Below, piece after piece: positions 9,652 to 18,056 of a stretch of 30,208 bases of DNA (the first letter of the stretch is position 1; every line of letters begins with the position of its first letter). The notes below the pieces were generated by a model that had not been told where the DNA came from, did not search any database, and worked only from the letters and a program-made list of their open reading frames with translations. The translations under genes and the position numbers were made by a program. The DNA lies in the IMG/VR virus record IMGVR_UViG_3300025617_000075, positions 1 to 30,208 of that record; one strand, given 5' to 3'. Origin of the DNA: a virus (Duplodnaviria > Caudoviricetes).

Positions 9652-11679
9652 TTACTGTCCTATGCTAACTTTAAAATCTATGCCCAACAAAGTCATCTTG
9701 AGCGGTACTGTTTGACCAATCGTGATTTGGCCGTCATAAGTATAACCCAGAATACCGTGCAATGTCTTTATTCCTGTAAACTCATCAACATCATCGTCCA
9801 ACACATCATCGCCAAACCGCCGGAAGGGTACTTCCTTGCCATTGATTGTCAGCGCCTGCGTTTCAAATAATTCTGCGTTGACCTCAAATATCCGCTTCTT
9901 AAAGCCCTTCAGAGAGCCGCTGGGGAGCTTTGGCTCTACTGGCAGTGTCTTTACTTCCGGCGTGAAGTTGAGGCCGACCTGATGGCTCGCAGTCGCCGCC
10001 GTAGCAAACGTGACCGTGAACGGCGAAGCAGGCACAGTCTGATCCGGCTCAACAATTCCATCGCGGATGATCTTAACTGTTTCAGCTTCGAGGTGATCCA
10101 TTGTGACAGATGATGCCGCCCCACCGGTCTTGGCGCAATCGAGTAAGACTGTACTATCAAATAGCTCCACATAATAAACCGTTCCACCGTTGACCGTGCG
10201 CTTGACCACCACATAGATATCATCGACATCAACCCCGACATTTAAAAACTCTCCATCGGTTGTCCATTCACTAGGCGCAATCACGTTCTGTGATCTTAGT
10301 ACTGTATAACACGCTATCGACCCATCGTCACCATTGACTACCAGCAACCGGTCGCCCTCATCAGTTCCGGTGGATTTACGAACCGCCATCTCTTCTGGTG
10401 TCTTCAACAGATGAGATGATAGCAGTGATATCTTGGCTGACGTGTATGCATTCTGCGTGTCAGTAAATAAGAACTCTTGTAATGCCTTGCCCTGACGCTG
10501 AACAAAAATAGTTGCGCCGTCAATGTTTTGCAGTCTGATGCCGGGCTTAGTGCCAAAGCCGGTCTGTTGTTTCACGATAAGATTACTGGGCGTGATAGGG
10601 TCGTCTAACGATTGCGGCACATAGAACTCACCGCCGGTTGTAAAAACTTGCAAGTGACGGCCTGAGAAAATATCAACAATCGCATTAAACGTGCCGGTGT
10701 CTAGCGTGGCTTCTACCGCCGCATCGTCTAACGCCTCACCCGGATCAAAGTTAAAAAAGTCCGACACCCTCGAACCAAATATCGTTGATGGTCGGCTGTT
10801 AGTGCCGCCAAGAAATAGCCTGCCTTCGTGAAATGTAACTGAACGCGGATAGCCTCGACTGGCTGACCAGACATCCTCATAGCCCTCTTCTAACTCCCAG
10901 TCACTATCATCTATATTGCCGGTGTCAAAAAGCGGCACTTCAGCAAAACATTCTAGCTTCGAATCACTGACCCTTCTAATAATACGCAGTCGTCCAAATG
11001 GTGTCACGTTTATGTATTGACCGGCGTACCCATTGGCCGATGCGGCGACAGTAAATTCATTTGCGTCAGAGCCGCTATGCTTTGCTGTAACAGTTATGTT
11101 TCCAGATGTGCCGCTAGGCTCTAAGTGGTCATGCGGAACGCCTGCATTAAAAACATTGCCTGCTGTTACAGATAGCGTATAGGCATACTTAGGCACATAT
11201 GTAAACGATAGTGTGCTAGCCGTCCAATCGCTATCAGTTGCGCCGCGCACAATCTTTAACGGCGCTAAGTCTTCATGCACAACAATAACGGTGTCCGCTG
11301 ACTGCACCCAGTTCATCTCTGGGATGATGGCGCTGGTAACAGCCGCCACGGTGAGATAGTCATCGCCTGATCCATTGATGTCGGTAATCAACGCGCCGTT
11401 TTTAAAGACATACATTTTGCCCGGAGTAAACACCAACATATAGCTGTCAGACACACTGAACTCAAATGACACCATCCGCACAGCCGTACCAGCGCCACTG
11501 TCTAACGCGGCTATAAACTTAGTACCGTCACGCCGTTTAGCACCGCCCTGCGGCTGGATGCTGACATTGCGAGCTGTGGTTAAACCGGACGCATACTGCC
11601 CTATGTCAGTCCGGGCGCGTAGCTTTGGATCAAGCTCGCCAGATGTGAAGTCGTTTTGTATCTGGATGATCCGGCTCAT
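9652..11679 (-). CDS. Tail tubular protein B / nozzle (T7 gp12-like)
   Basis: N-terminal Q.DFTSGELDP.L.AR.D...Y...NV...PQGG..RR.GT; internal QSAD and GYP.SVTFHEGRL; 675 aa. Confidence 0.9.
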   Translation of the reverse strand: MSRIIQIQNDFTSGELDPKLRARTDIGQYASGLTTARNVSIQPQGGAKRRDGTKFIAALDSGAGTAVRMVSFEFSVSDSYMLVFTPGKMYVFKNGALITDINGSGDDYLTVAAVTSAIIPEMNWVQSADTVIVVHEDLAPLKIVRGATDSDWTASTLSFTYVPKYAYTLSVTAGNVFNAGVPHDHLEPSGTSGNITVTAKHSGSDANEFTVAASANGYAGQYINVTPFGRLRIIRRVSDSKLECFAEVPLFDTGNIDDSDWELEEGYEDVWSASRGYPRSVTFHEGRLFLGGTNSRPSTIFGSRVSDFFNFDPGEALDDAAVEATLDTGTFNAIVDIFSGRHLQVFTTGGEFYVPQSLDDPITPSNLIVKQQTGFGTKPGIRLQNIDGATIFVQRQGKALQEFLFTDTQNAYTSAKISLLSSHLLKTPEEMAVRKSTGTDEGDRLLVVNGDDGSIACYTVLRSQNVIAPSEWTTDGEFLNVGVDVDDIYVVVKRTVNGGTVYYVELFDSTVLLDCAKTGGAASSVTMDHLEAETVKIIRDGIVEPDQTVPASPFTVTFATAATASHQVGLNFTPEVKTLPVEPKLPSGSLKGFKKRIFEVNAELFETQALTINGKEVPFRRFGDDVLDDDVDEFTGIKTLHGILGYTYDGQITIGQTVPLKMTLLGIDFKVSIGQ

Positions 11680-11680
11680 G

Positions 11681-12295
11681 TTAGAACCTTATATCTGAAA
11701 TCGGAAATTCCTGTATGCTCTTGGCTGGCTGGTCAATGCCGTCAATGTTAATTGCAACGCGAACCAAGCCGCCACGCATATTATCAGATGGTGAACCATA
11801 TGCTTTGCCGTGATAATAGTCAGCCTTCGTAAGCTGGTCAGTAATCGGTTCGGCAAACTCAGCGGCCAGTGCTGTCTTTAGCAATCTCACAAAGTATGGT
11901 GGGAAATCGGCAGGCTCTGGCCGATACTGGTAATCAACATAAACCGTTTCCAGATTAGTGTATAAGCCGCCTGCATAAATCTCATATTCGCGCACTGGGC
12001 GCTCCGCTACAGCGCTGGTCGGGAATACCGCCTTGGGTAGCCCTAGCCTGTCGCCGGGTAGCTGGTATTTATATTTCCATTCATTGATTGGTGTATCGAG
12101 CAATTGCGCTAGCTGTACTTTCTTTAGTGTCCAGCTATATGGGTACTGCATCAGCAAGGTGTCACGCACATCGTCATAAAGACGGTCTGCAACCTGTGCC
12201 TCGTCTGTGCCGTCAGAAAATGATGATAGTGGAGAAGCGCCAAGCATAATTAGCGCATCGGAGCAGATTGATAGTTTAGTGTCGCCAGAGGCCAT
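11681..12295 (-). CDS. Tail tubular protein A / adaptor (T7 gp11-like)
   Basis: IC..AL..LGA..L.SF..GT.EA...LY...L...Y.W...Y.YQLP.D motifs; SD AGGAG; position after the capsid genes. Confidence 0.88.
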   Translation of the reverse strand: MASGDTKLSICSDALIMLGASPLSSFSDGTDEAQVADRLYDDVRDTLLMQYPYSWTLKKVQLAQLLDTPINEWKYKYQLPGDRLGLPKAVFPTSAVAERPVREYEIYAGGLYTNLETVYVDYQYRPEPADFPPYFVRLLKTALAAEFAEPITDQLTKADYYHGKAYGSPSDNMRGGLVRVAINIDGIDQPAKSIQEFPISDIRF

Positions 12296-12307
12296 ATTCT
12301 ACTCCTA

Positions 12308-12337
12308 TAGAAGGATGGGGCGACCTAAGCCGCCCCA
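12308..12337 (-). terminator. Probable leaky intrinsic terminator after the capsid genes
   Basis: Minus strand TGGGGCGG-CTTAGG-TCGCCCCA hairpin (12316-12337) followed by a weak U-tract (TCCTTCTAT). Confidence 0.55.
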
Positions 12338-12343
12338 GCCGTA

Positions 12344-12616
12344 TTAGTCACTGTCAGTCATTGCAACGGCAGTGCCGTCAGTCACATCGACAACGCCTGA
12401 TGCGTTCGATGCAACCATAACGATTGACATAGTAGGTGTTGCACTGTCGTGAACGAAGATCACATCACCAACTGCCAGAGTGTCTGACAAGTCGTTGAAA
12501 TAACCGGCTGTGTTCACAGTCGCAATAGCATCTGCACTTGTGTAAGTGTACATGCTCGGTGCGTTACCTCTTTTAGAAGCGCCAATCACGCCCCAACCTG
12601 TAGATGAAAAAGCCAT
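12344..12616 (-). CDS. Small virion protein, probable capsid decoration or minor capsid protein
   Basis: 90 aa directly after the MCP and before the hairpin. D.IATV.T.GYFN...L.VGDVI motif. Confidence 0.65.
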   Translation of the reverse strand: MAFSSTGWGVIGASKRGNAPSMYTYTSADAIATVNTAGYFNDLSDTLAVGDVIFVHDSATPTMSIVMVASNASGVVDVTDGTAVAMTDSD

Positions 12617-12630
12617 TATATAATCCTTTC

Positions 12631-13464
12631 CTACTCGGTTGCGCTGATCTTGACGATGCCTTCGTCATCAATGGCCACTGCACCGGCAGAGAACATTGAA
12701 GAAACTAGGAAGGATGTCTTCTCAGGAACATAGTTAATTTCAGAACGCTGGTTCATGCCAATGCCCATACCAATAGCATCACGGTGGAATGCGAAGCTAG
12801 TGCGTGTGGACGGTAATGGCAAGCCACCTTCGTCACGATCACCAAGTGTGATGAACTTGAACCCAAGGAAGGTATCAATATCACCTTGAACCAGTGCTTT
12901 CACGCTGGCGAAGTCAGAGCTAGTCAGCTCAGTTTCGTCTAGCAGTGATGACAGGCCATTTGCGTGGATGAGCATACAACGGCCTTCGGAAGGTACGTTG
13001 TTTGCATCCATTGCTTTTTTAGCCGCCAGCAACTTGGCGAGGTTCATGTTTGTGCCAGTGCCACCAATGTCTGTGCCGACAGTTGATGGAGCTGATGCGG
13101 CGTTCAGCGCGTCAATGACTAGCTGATCCATACGCCGCCCTATGGCACTGCCGACAACGGCGACTAATTCGCGCCTCTCGTCGAAATTGACCTTCTGCTG
13201 GTTAAAGATATCTGAATATTCAGCCGCAATGTAATCACTCATACTAGCTGTAACCTGTGAATAGGTAACATTCAGAGGGGTTACGTCTGACTGTGGTACG
13301 CGCACAGTCGCAGTGCCTTTCCCAATTTTCGGGAACTTCACTTGATTACCTTCGACATTTGTTCTTTCGCGAGTTACGCCAGCAAGAGCGCGAGCGCTCT
13401 GATATGCCTGCTTCACCTCGGCATCGAACATTTGAACGAAAGCGTTTGAAATGCCTACTGCCAT
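12631..13464 (-). CDS. Major capsid protein
   Basis: 277 aa with FV.MF..EVKQAYQ, V.FPKIG, AIGRRMDQ.VI.A and G.IDTFLGFKFI motifs. Strong SD AAGGAG; follows the scaffold. Confidence 0.92.
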   Translation of the reverse strand: MAVGISNAFVQMFDAEVKQAYQSARALAGVTRERTNVEGNQVKFPKIGKGTATVRVPQSDVTPLNVTYSQVTASMSDYIAAEYSDIFNQQKVNFDERRELVAVVGSAIGRRMDQLVIDALNAASAPSTVGTDIGGTGTNMNLAKLLAAKKAMDANNVPSEGRCMLIHANGLSSLLDETELTSSDFASVKALVQGDIDTFLGFKFITLGDRDEGGLPLPSTRTSFAFHRDAIGMGIGMNQRSEINYVPEKTSFLVSSMFSAGAVAIDDEGIVKISATE

Positions 13465-13597
13465 TTCTATCTCCTTCGGATAAAGTTAAATACATAAGTC
13501 GTTACAGGTATCCAGAGGCTGGGCTGTCACTTGGGCATAAACGCTACGCCCCCAAACGTGGGCGACAGATCGAAGAACGATTGCCTGTCAAGTAGAA

Positions 13598-13626
13598 ATA
13601 ATAATAGAAAAACTGGGGCGTGTAAA
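13598..13626 (-). promoter_or_regulatory. Sigma70-like promoter for the capsid operon
   Basis: Minus strand TTTACA (13626-13621), 17 nt spacer, TATTAT (13603-13598). The -35 element lies within the terminator hairpin. Confidence 0.55.
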
Positions 13627-13636
13627 CACCCCAGTT
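13604..13636 (-). terminator. Intrinsic terminator after the scaffold gene
   Basis: AACTGGGGTGT-TTAC-ACGCCCCAGTT hairpin followed by TTTCTATT on the minus strand, a few nt after the scaffold stop. Confidence 0.75.
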
Positions 13637-13639
13637 AAT

Positions 13640-14449
13640 TTACATAGCTTGGTAGTCCTGAGTGCCATACATTTTCTCAAACATCTTCTCTACCTTAGCC
13701 CGGTAGGTCGGATCATTTAGATACTCAGGTTTGCCCACCATTGCGGTTAGCTCTTCCTTGGATGGCGCACCTTCCGGCTGGCCAACCTCAATAGGAATAG
13801 AGCGATCACCATAATAGCTTCTAATCTTTTGCAAAGCTCGGATGCCCTGAGCCGTGCCACCCATAATCTTGAACTCTTCGAAGTCATCATTGCCCCATAC
13901 GCCTTTGCGTACCAAGGACTGACCCCATTCGCTCATAGACTTGATGACAGCGTCAGCATTGTTGCCCAGCTTCTTATATTCTTCTTGATAAGAAACCTCA
14001 GCCTGTTGCGCTTCATTGCCAGCCATATCAACAAATTTACTGGCCAGCTCTTCAAACGCCGCTTGACTAACGCCATTCTGCTTCGCCCAATCCTTATAAG
14101 TATTGAACAGCTCATCGTCTTCGGGGATGTTCGCCTCTTTAAAGGCACTAACATCATATTCTTCCGGTGCTTTGTGTTTACCTTGCGAGAATTTCTTCTG
14201 TAGCTCATTATAGCTTTTCACAAGGTTTTCTAAATCCGGCCCTTCGTCTTCATTCCAGAATTTTTCTGGATACCAGTCTGGCCGTTCAAACTCAGTTTCT
14301 TCACCCTCAGCCGCAACTGTTGTGCTTTCTAGTGTCGGCTCTGCATCGGGTTTAATGTGTGAGATACCTGTATCTGCTTGCTGGTTGTCTTTGCTGTCTT
14401 CGCTTTCGATTTCAGCAGAGGCCATCAAGCCTTCGGGTTCATCATTCAT
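13640..14449 (-). CDS. Capsid scaffolding/assembly protein
   Basis: Acidic 269 aa; RPDW.PEKFW...L.KSY.EL.KK...APEEY motif; lies between portal and MCP. Confidence 0.85.
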   Translation of the reverse strand: MNDEPEGLMASAEIESEDSKDNQQADTGISHIKPDAEPTLESTTVAAEGEETEFERPDWYPEKFWNEDEGPDLENLVKSYNELQKKFSQGKHKAPEEYDVSAFKEANIPEDDELFNTYKDWAKQNGVSQAAFEELASKFVDMAGNEAQQAEVSYQEEYKKLGNNADAVIKSMSEWGQSLVRKGVWGNDDFEEFKIMGGTAQGIRALQKIRSYYGDRSIPIEVGQPEGAPSKEELTAMVGKPEYLNDPTYRAKVEKMFEKMYGTQDYQAM

Positions 14450-14715
14450 AGGTGTCTAGCCCTCTTCATTCTGCGTTCGATTTCTCGAACTATGCTGTTT
14501 TGACCTTCTCTGGCGTAACCGTGTGAGGCTTCCTCACCGGGATACCAAGTCGGTTGCTCAATCGTTTGCGCCCTAAGATGTTGCAGTAACTCTTGCCCAT
14601 CGTCAGAGCCAAACACGCGCAGATACAGACGATCCACATCGTCTTGCATATCCACAACGTCCTTTCGCAACTCAGGCTCAACTGTCCTAAGCGCATCCCA
14701 ACCTTCTTCAATCAT
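14446..14715 (-). CDS. Bbp19-like head-associated protein
   Basis: Y.RVFGS.DGQELL.HL...AREGQNSIV..I motif; typical position between portal and scaffold. Confidence 0.75.
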   Translation of the reverse strand: MIEEGWDALRTVEPELRKDVVDMQDDVDRLYLRVFGSDDGQELLQHLRAQTIEQPTWYPGEEASHGYAREGQNSIVREIERRMKRARHL

Positions 14716-16305
14716 TTAGATAGCTCCCTCTGGCGGCAGGCCAGCACCCTCTGGCGGCATCTGCCCACCTTGTGCTGGCAACATGCCCTGCTGTTGTGCG
14801 GCGGCTTGTGCCATTTGCGCCGCCATCTCAGCGGCCTGTTGCCGTTCTTGCGGCGATGTACGCAAGTCAGCCGGTATGCCCAGCTTGTCAGCCACATAGT
14901 CTGGTATTGCAGTGGTGCGAACAGCGAGCTGGCCATCCGGCCCTAAGCTCGATGAGAGCTGAACCCACTGCATAATCTTCTCAATGTCGCCAAGGTTCTG
15001 AGCCTGAGCAATCGGGCTGACCGGTGTCACCTTAACCTCAAGGCCATTCACCTTTAGCGGCATCTCAATCAATCCGCGCTCATCCATCACATATAGAATG
15101 CGTGAAATCAGCGGTATCATTGTTTCATTTATGAGGCGGCCAAACGCACTGCCTAGATTTGTGGACAGCTCTTGCATCTTTGCCGACACCTCGGTAGCTG
15201 ATCGAGCCGACATATTGTCTGGCGGCAGGGTGTCGTCCATCATAATCTTTTTGATGTTCATCCGCAGATCATTAATAACAATCTGGCTGACGTTAAAATC
15301 ACCGGTTCGCGGCAATGGGCGCAGGCTTTCGCCGTTCGGGCCACCATTACGCGCAACCGGAATGATTGCGCCGGGTCTAATGCTGACCGCTTGTGGGTTA
15401 AGCACACCATCGTCTGCCGCTGTATACACACCAGCTATACTGATGCTGGCGTTCTTCAACAACAGCTCTAGTGTTTTGTTTAGTGTCTTGATGTCTGGGA
15501 TAGCAGTGACTAGCGGCCCACGACCATAGACCTCACCGGCTACCTTCATATATCGCGCCACAACCCAAGGGCTGGACTTCATGCGGCGCATCAATAGCTG
15601 GTCTTTGCCTTCTGGCCAGATCACATAATAGCAGTAATCGCCTTGCTCAGGGTCATACATCGTGGCTTCCATCAGATCAATCTCACTGGTCGGATGCTCA
15701 TCAATCAAACGCTGTAGGCGTTCCGATATCTCTGCGTCAGACCAATGTTGCTTAATGGCTTCAGCCTTCATACGCATCCGGCGATAGATGTTGTCTACCT
15801 TGCCGTGTGCGCCTTCTTCGATAGCCACCAGATATTGCGGCACGGCAGTGAACCTAATAGGCGTGATCTCATCGCCGGGCTGGATCAGCATGACGGCAGT
15901 GCCTACCGCCAAGTCCATCAAGAACTCGCCCATAGCCAGATCAAAGTTAGTCTGACGCAACAACGCAAACATCTTCTCGGCATAGATGTCTAGCGCAGAC
16001 TGCGCCTCTAAGCGCCGCGCCTCTGGTATGTCAGTACCCGGCTCTAGCCGACACCAATTAGAATATGGCGGAAATAAGCCCGACTGAATGCGATTAGCAA
16101 AGCGCTGGGTAGAATTGATGGCGGTGCTATCGAACACACGCGCCATTTTGTTTTGTCCGGGCGACCCACCACCTTCATAATTACCGTCATACAGATTGCG
16201 CTGTGGCAGAGCGAACTCATAACAATCTTCGTAGATTTGCCGCCAGTTGTCTTTGCGGCGCTGTGCTAACTCATAGCGCTTGATAATCTGTTGTACGTCC
16301 ATCAT
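14716..16305 (-). CDS. Portal (head-tail connector) protein, T7 gp8/BPP-1 type
   Basis: W...Y.FALP.R, FDSTA, GLFPP...W, P....R.....GEVYGRGP...A.PDIK.LN and SATEV motifs. Confidence 0.95.
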   Translation of the reverse strand: MMDVQQIIKRYELAQRRKDNWRQIYEDCYEFALPQRNLYDGNYEGGGSPGQNKMARVFDSTAINSTQRFANRIQSGLFPPYSNWCRLEPGTDIPEARRLEAQSALDIYAEKMFALLRQTNFDLAMGEFLMDLAVGTAVMLIQPGDEITPIRFTAVPQYLVAIEEGAHGKVDNIYRRMRMKAEAIKQHWSDAEISERLQRLIDEHPTSEIDLMEATMYDPEQGDYCYYVIWPEGKDQLLMRRMKSSPWVVARYMKVAGEVYGRGPLVTAIPDIKTLNKTLELLLKNASISIAGVYTAADDGVLNPQAVSIRPGAIIPVARNGGPNGESLRPLPRTGDFNVSQIVINDLRMNIKKIMMDDTLPPDNMSARSATEVSAKMQELSTNLGSAFGRLINETMIPLISRILYVMDERGLIEMPLKVNGLEVKVTPVSPIAQAQNLGDIEKIMQWVQLSSSLGPDGQLAVRTTAIPDYVADKLGIPADLRTSPQERQQAAEMAAQMAQAAAQQQGMLPAQGGQMPPEGAGLPPEGAI

Positions 16306-16571
16306 GATTTTTTATGCCTTTGTGCAAAGTTGCGAGCCGCTTCCTTAGAACCAAAGCCCCAAGCGCGTAATGCCAAACCAAGCCGTGTTGGCTTGCCGTC
16401 TTTCTTCTCAGCGCCAGACATGCCAGCAAACCGTGCGGCAAAAGACACACGGCGCGGATTAGTTCCTGACTTAACTGGCCGCTTTAAGTTAGAACCCTCT
16501 TTGCGCTTAAAATACTTGCGCCCTGCCTCATTTAGGCCACCTTTAGGGTTCTGGTACTTTTTCGCTGGCAT
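16302..16571 (-). CDS. Small basic phage protein (DUF6321-like)
   Basis: 89 aa, 24 K/R; NPKGGLN..GR...GSNLK.PV...RR.SF.AR motif recalled from marine phage proteins. Confidence 0.7.
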   Translation of the reverse strand: MPAKKYQNPKGGLNEAGRKYFKRKEGSNLKRPVKSGTNPRRVSFAARFAGMSGAEKKDGKPTRLGLALRAWGFGSKEAARNFAQRHKKS

Positions 16572-16723
16572 CAGCTTCTCGCGGCTCTCATGTTGTCAAT
16601 GAGGTTAGGATATGGACGGCCAGCCTTTTTAGCGGCTCGCATAGCGGCTCGCTTCTTTGCCGGTGATAAACCCTTTGGCTTGCCTAAGCCCTTTGGGCGC
16701 TTTTTATCCCACACCTGTTTCAT
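16571..16723 (-). CDS. Small basic protein, 50 aa (absent from ORF track)
   Basis: MKQVWDKKRPKGLGKPKGLSPAKKRAAMRAAKKAGRPYPNLIDNMRAARS. ATGA overlap upstream and TGATG overlap downstream fill the gap exactly. Confidence 0.8.
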   Translation of the reverse strand: MKQVWDKKRPKGLGKPKGLSPAKKRAAMRAAKKAGRPYPNLIDNMRAARS

Positions 16724-16866
16724 TTCTTTTTCGCCATTTTAGTTTTCATAGACGCGCCAGCAACACGGCCGCCGGTCTGCTTGGCATACTCTTTTGCCAT
16801 CTTCATGCCTGACTTGGTATACGCAAATGTGCGCGTCTTACCATCCTTGGATACAACCTTTGGCAT
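16720..16866 (-). CDS. Small basic protein, 48 aa (absent from ORF track)
   Basis: MPKVVSKDGKTRTFAYTKSGMKMAKEYAKQTGGRVAGASMKTKMAKKK. TGATG overlap with the upstream gene and AGGAG SD. Confidence 0.8.
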   Translation of the reverse strand: MPKVVSKDGKTRTFAYTKSGMKMAKEYAKQTGGRVAGASMKTKMAKKK

Positions 16867-17117
16867 CATCCTACTCCTAATCTGGTTTTCTCTGCCCCTG
16901 CCGTCATTGTGTCGCTACGACCTAATCCACCGCCTTGCGATAACATTCTGTCCAAACTCATCAGCGGCCGGAAATCGCCACGACCGCCGCCAGCTCTTCG
17001 GCGCGATGCGTCTAGCTTTTCTGCGCGTGTTGCGCCTGCCGGTGCGGCTGGCTTCTCTTCAACCACCGGCTTTGGTGCTGGTGCTGATTTCTTTTTGCCG
17101 CCAAATAAACTACCCAT
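16866..17117 (-). CDS. Small virion protein (T7 gp6.7/gp7.3-like by position and composition)
   Basis: MG..FGG..K..PAP N-terminus, Arg/Gly-rich middle, ends LGVG; pre-portal position. Confidence 0.55.
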   Translation of the reverse strand: MGSLFGGKKKSAPAPKPVVEEKPAAPAGATRAEKLDASRRRAGGGRGDFRPLMSLDRMLSQGGGLGRSDTMTAGAEKTRLGVG

Positions 17118-17121
17118 AGCT

Positions 17122-17334
17122 CTATCCTAACGTATCTTGTACACCAGTCTGTGGCGTATCGCGTTCCATTGATAATAACATGCGCTGACCACCGACACGC
17201 CGAGCGCGTTGCCGCGATGCGATTGCTCGCATCTTTTGCTCTTCCTGTGCGTCTAGCCGCGCTTCCTGTCTTTCCTGAGCGGCCTTCAACTCAGGATCAG
17301 GCGCTGGCGGTTTTGGCGTTTTTAAAAATGACAT
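17122..17334 (-). CDS. Small virion protein (T7 gp6.7-like by position and composition)
   Basis: PKPPAP, coiled segment, R-rich G.R.LL and TLG end. Confidence 0.55.
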   Translation of the reverse strand: MSFLKTPKPPAPDPELKAAQERQEARLDAQEEQKMRAIASRQRARRVGGQRMLLSMERDTPQTGVQDTLG

Positions 17335-17825
17335 CAGCCATACCTCGCTAACATTTCATGATCTGAGCCATCCGGCCCATAACCAACAAGTAAACCTTCA
17401 CGCTGGAATTTTAGCGCATTTGCATACCTTATGGCAACCCTATCATTTACATTAACAGTTATCTGCATCCGATGCAATTTCATCTCGCGCATCGCCTTGT
17501 CAAAATAACGCATCGCGCCGCGTAACATCTTAACGCCGTGACCCTCAACAACCGGCGTAGTCAACATCCACGCCTCAGCCACGCCCGGCCATAACTTGCA
17601 CACCCCAAAGAACAGCGCCATCTCGCCCTTGTACAGCGCAGTGTGCGACCACTCTTCGGCCGTGTACAGCTTCAGCACGTCCACAAAGTTCGGTATATTG
17701 TCAAAGTAATTTTGTGTGTGAAAACGTAACTTGACATTCAGCGGATGCGCCCAGTGGAACTTAACAAAACTTACATCTGGGCTATTGACTATGTCGCCAA
17801 TCGGGTTATGTTTATATGCATTCAT
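17334..17825 (-). CDS. GNAT-fold protein (T7 gp13/DUF2833-like)
   Basis: FG...LWPGVAEAW, LHRMQITV and AIRYA..L.F..EG.L..YGPDG.D motifs; SD GGGGAGG. Confidence 0.7.
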   Translation of the reverse strand: MNAYKHNPIGDIVNSPDVSFVKFHWAHPLNVKLRFHTQNYFDNIPNFVDVLKLYTAEEWSHTALYKGEMALFFGVCKLWPGVAEAWMLTTPVVEGHGVKMLRGAMRYFDKAMREMKLHRMQITVNVNDRVAIRYANALKFQREGLLVGYGPDGSDHEMLARYG

Positions 17826-17845
17826 ATGTAAATCCTCCCCAACTA

Positions 17846-17872
17846 CCCCGGCTCGATGCCGGGGATTTTTTT
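17846..17872 (+). terminator. GC hairpin with T-tract on the + strand, opposite to the operon direction
   Basis: CCCCGGC-TCGAT-GCCGGGG followed by ATTTTTTT. Confidence 0.6.
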
Positions 17873-18044
17873 ATATCTCTTCTATCTCGCTATCAACAAC
17901 GTCACCTATCTCAATCAGATCGTACTCACCACCCTCGCGCAGTTCACGCAAGGCGCTATCATACGCATGATCAACATCATCAGCGCCAACAATGATCTCA
18001 ACAACAACCTCAACTTTAAATCTTACGTTATATGTGTCTTGCAT
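17871..18044 (-). CDS. Small acidic protein, 57 aa (absent from ORF track)
   Basis: MQDTYNVRFKVEVVVEIIVGADDVDHAYDSALRELREGGEYDLIEIGDVVDSEIEEI. SD GGGAGAG; fills the gap between terL and the hairpin. Confidence 0.8.
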   Translation of the reverse strand: MQDTYNVRFKVEVVVEIIVGADDVDHAYDSALRELREGGEYDLIEIGDVVDSEIEEI

Positions 18045-18056
18045 TTTACTCTCCCA

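Noticed and set aside
9199-9870. 223-aa + strand ORF and other antisense ORFs across the structural genes
   Set aside because: Antisense to well-supported virion genes, with no recognisable motifs.
12344-12660. T7 10A/10B-style frameshift or readthrough fusing the MCP to the next gene
   Set aside because: No slippery sequence at the MCP end. The 14-nt gap is out of frame for readthrough, and the downstream gene has its own SD (AAAGGA).
13563-13591. Perfect TTGACA on the minus strand in the capsid leader as a -35 element
   Set aside because: No -10-like hexamer 16-18 nt downstream; the sequence is explained as a hairpin arm.
16630-16652. Short tandem duplication TAGCGGCTCGC x2
   Set aside because: An in-frame coding duplication (KRAAMRAA) within the 50-aa basic protein; no sign of a separate function.
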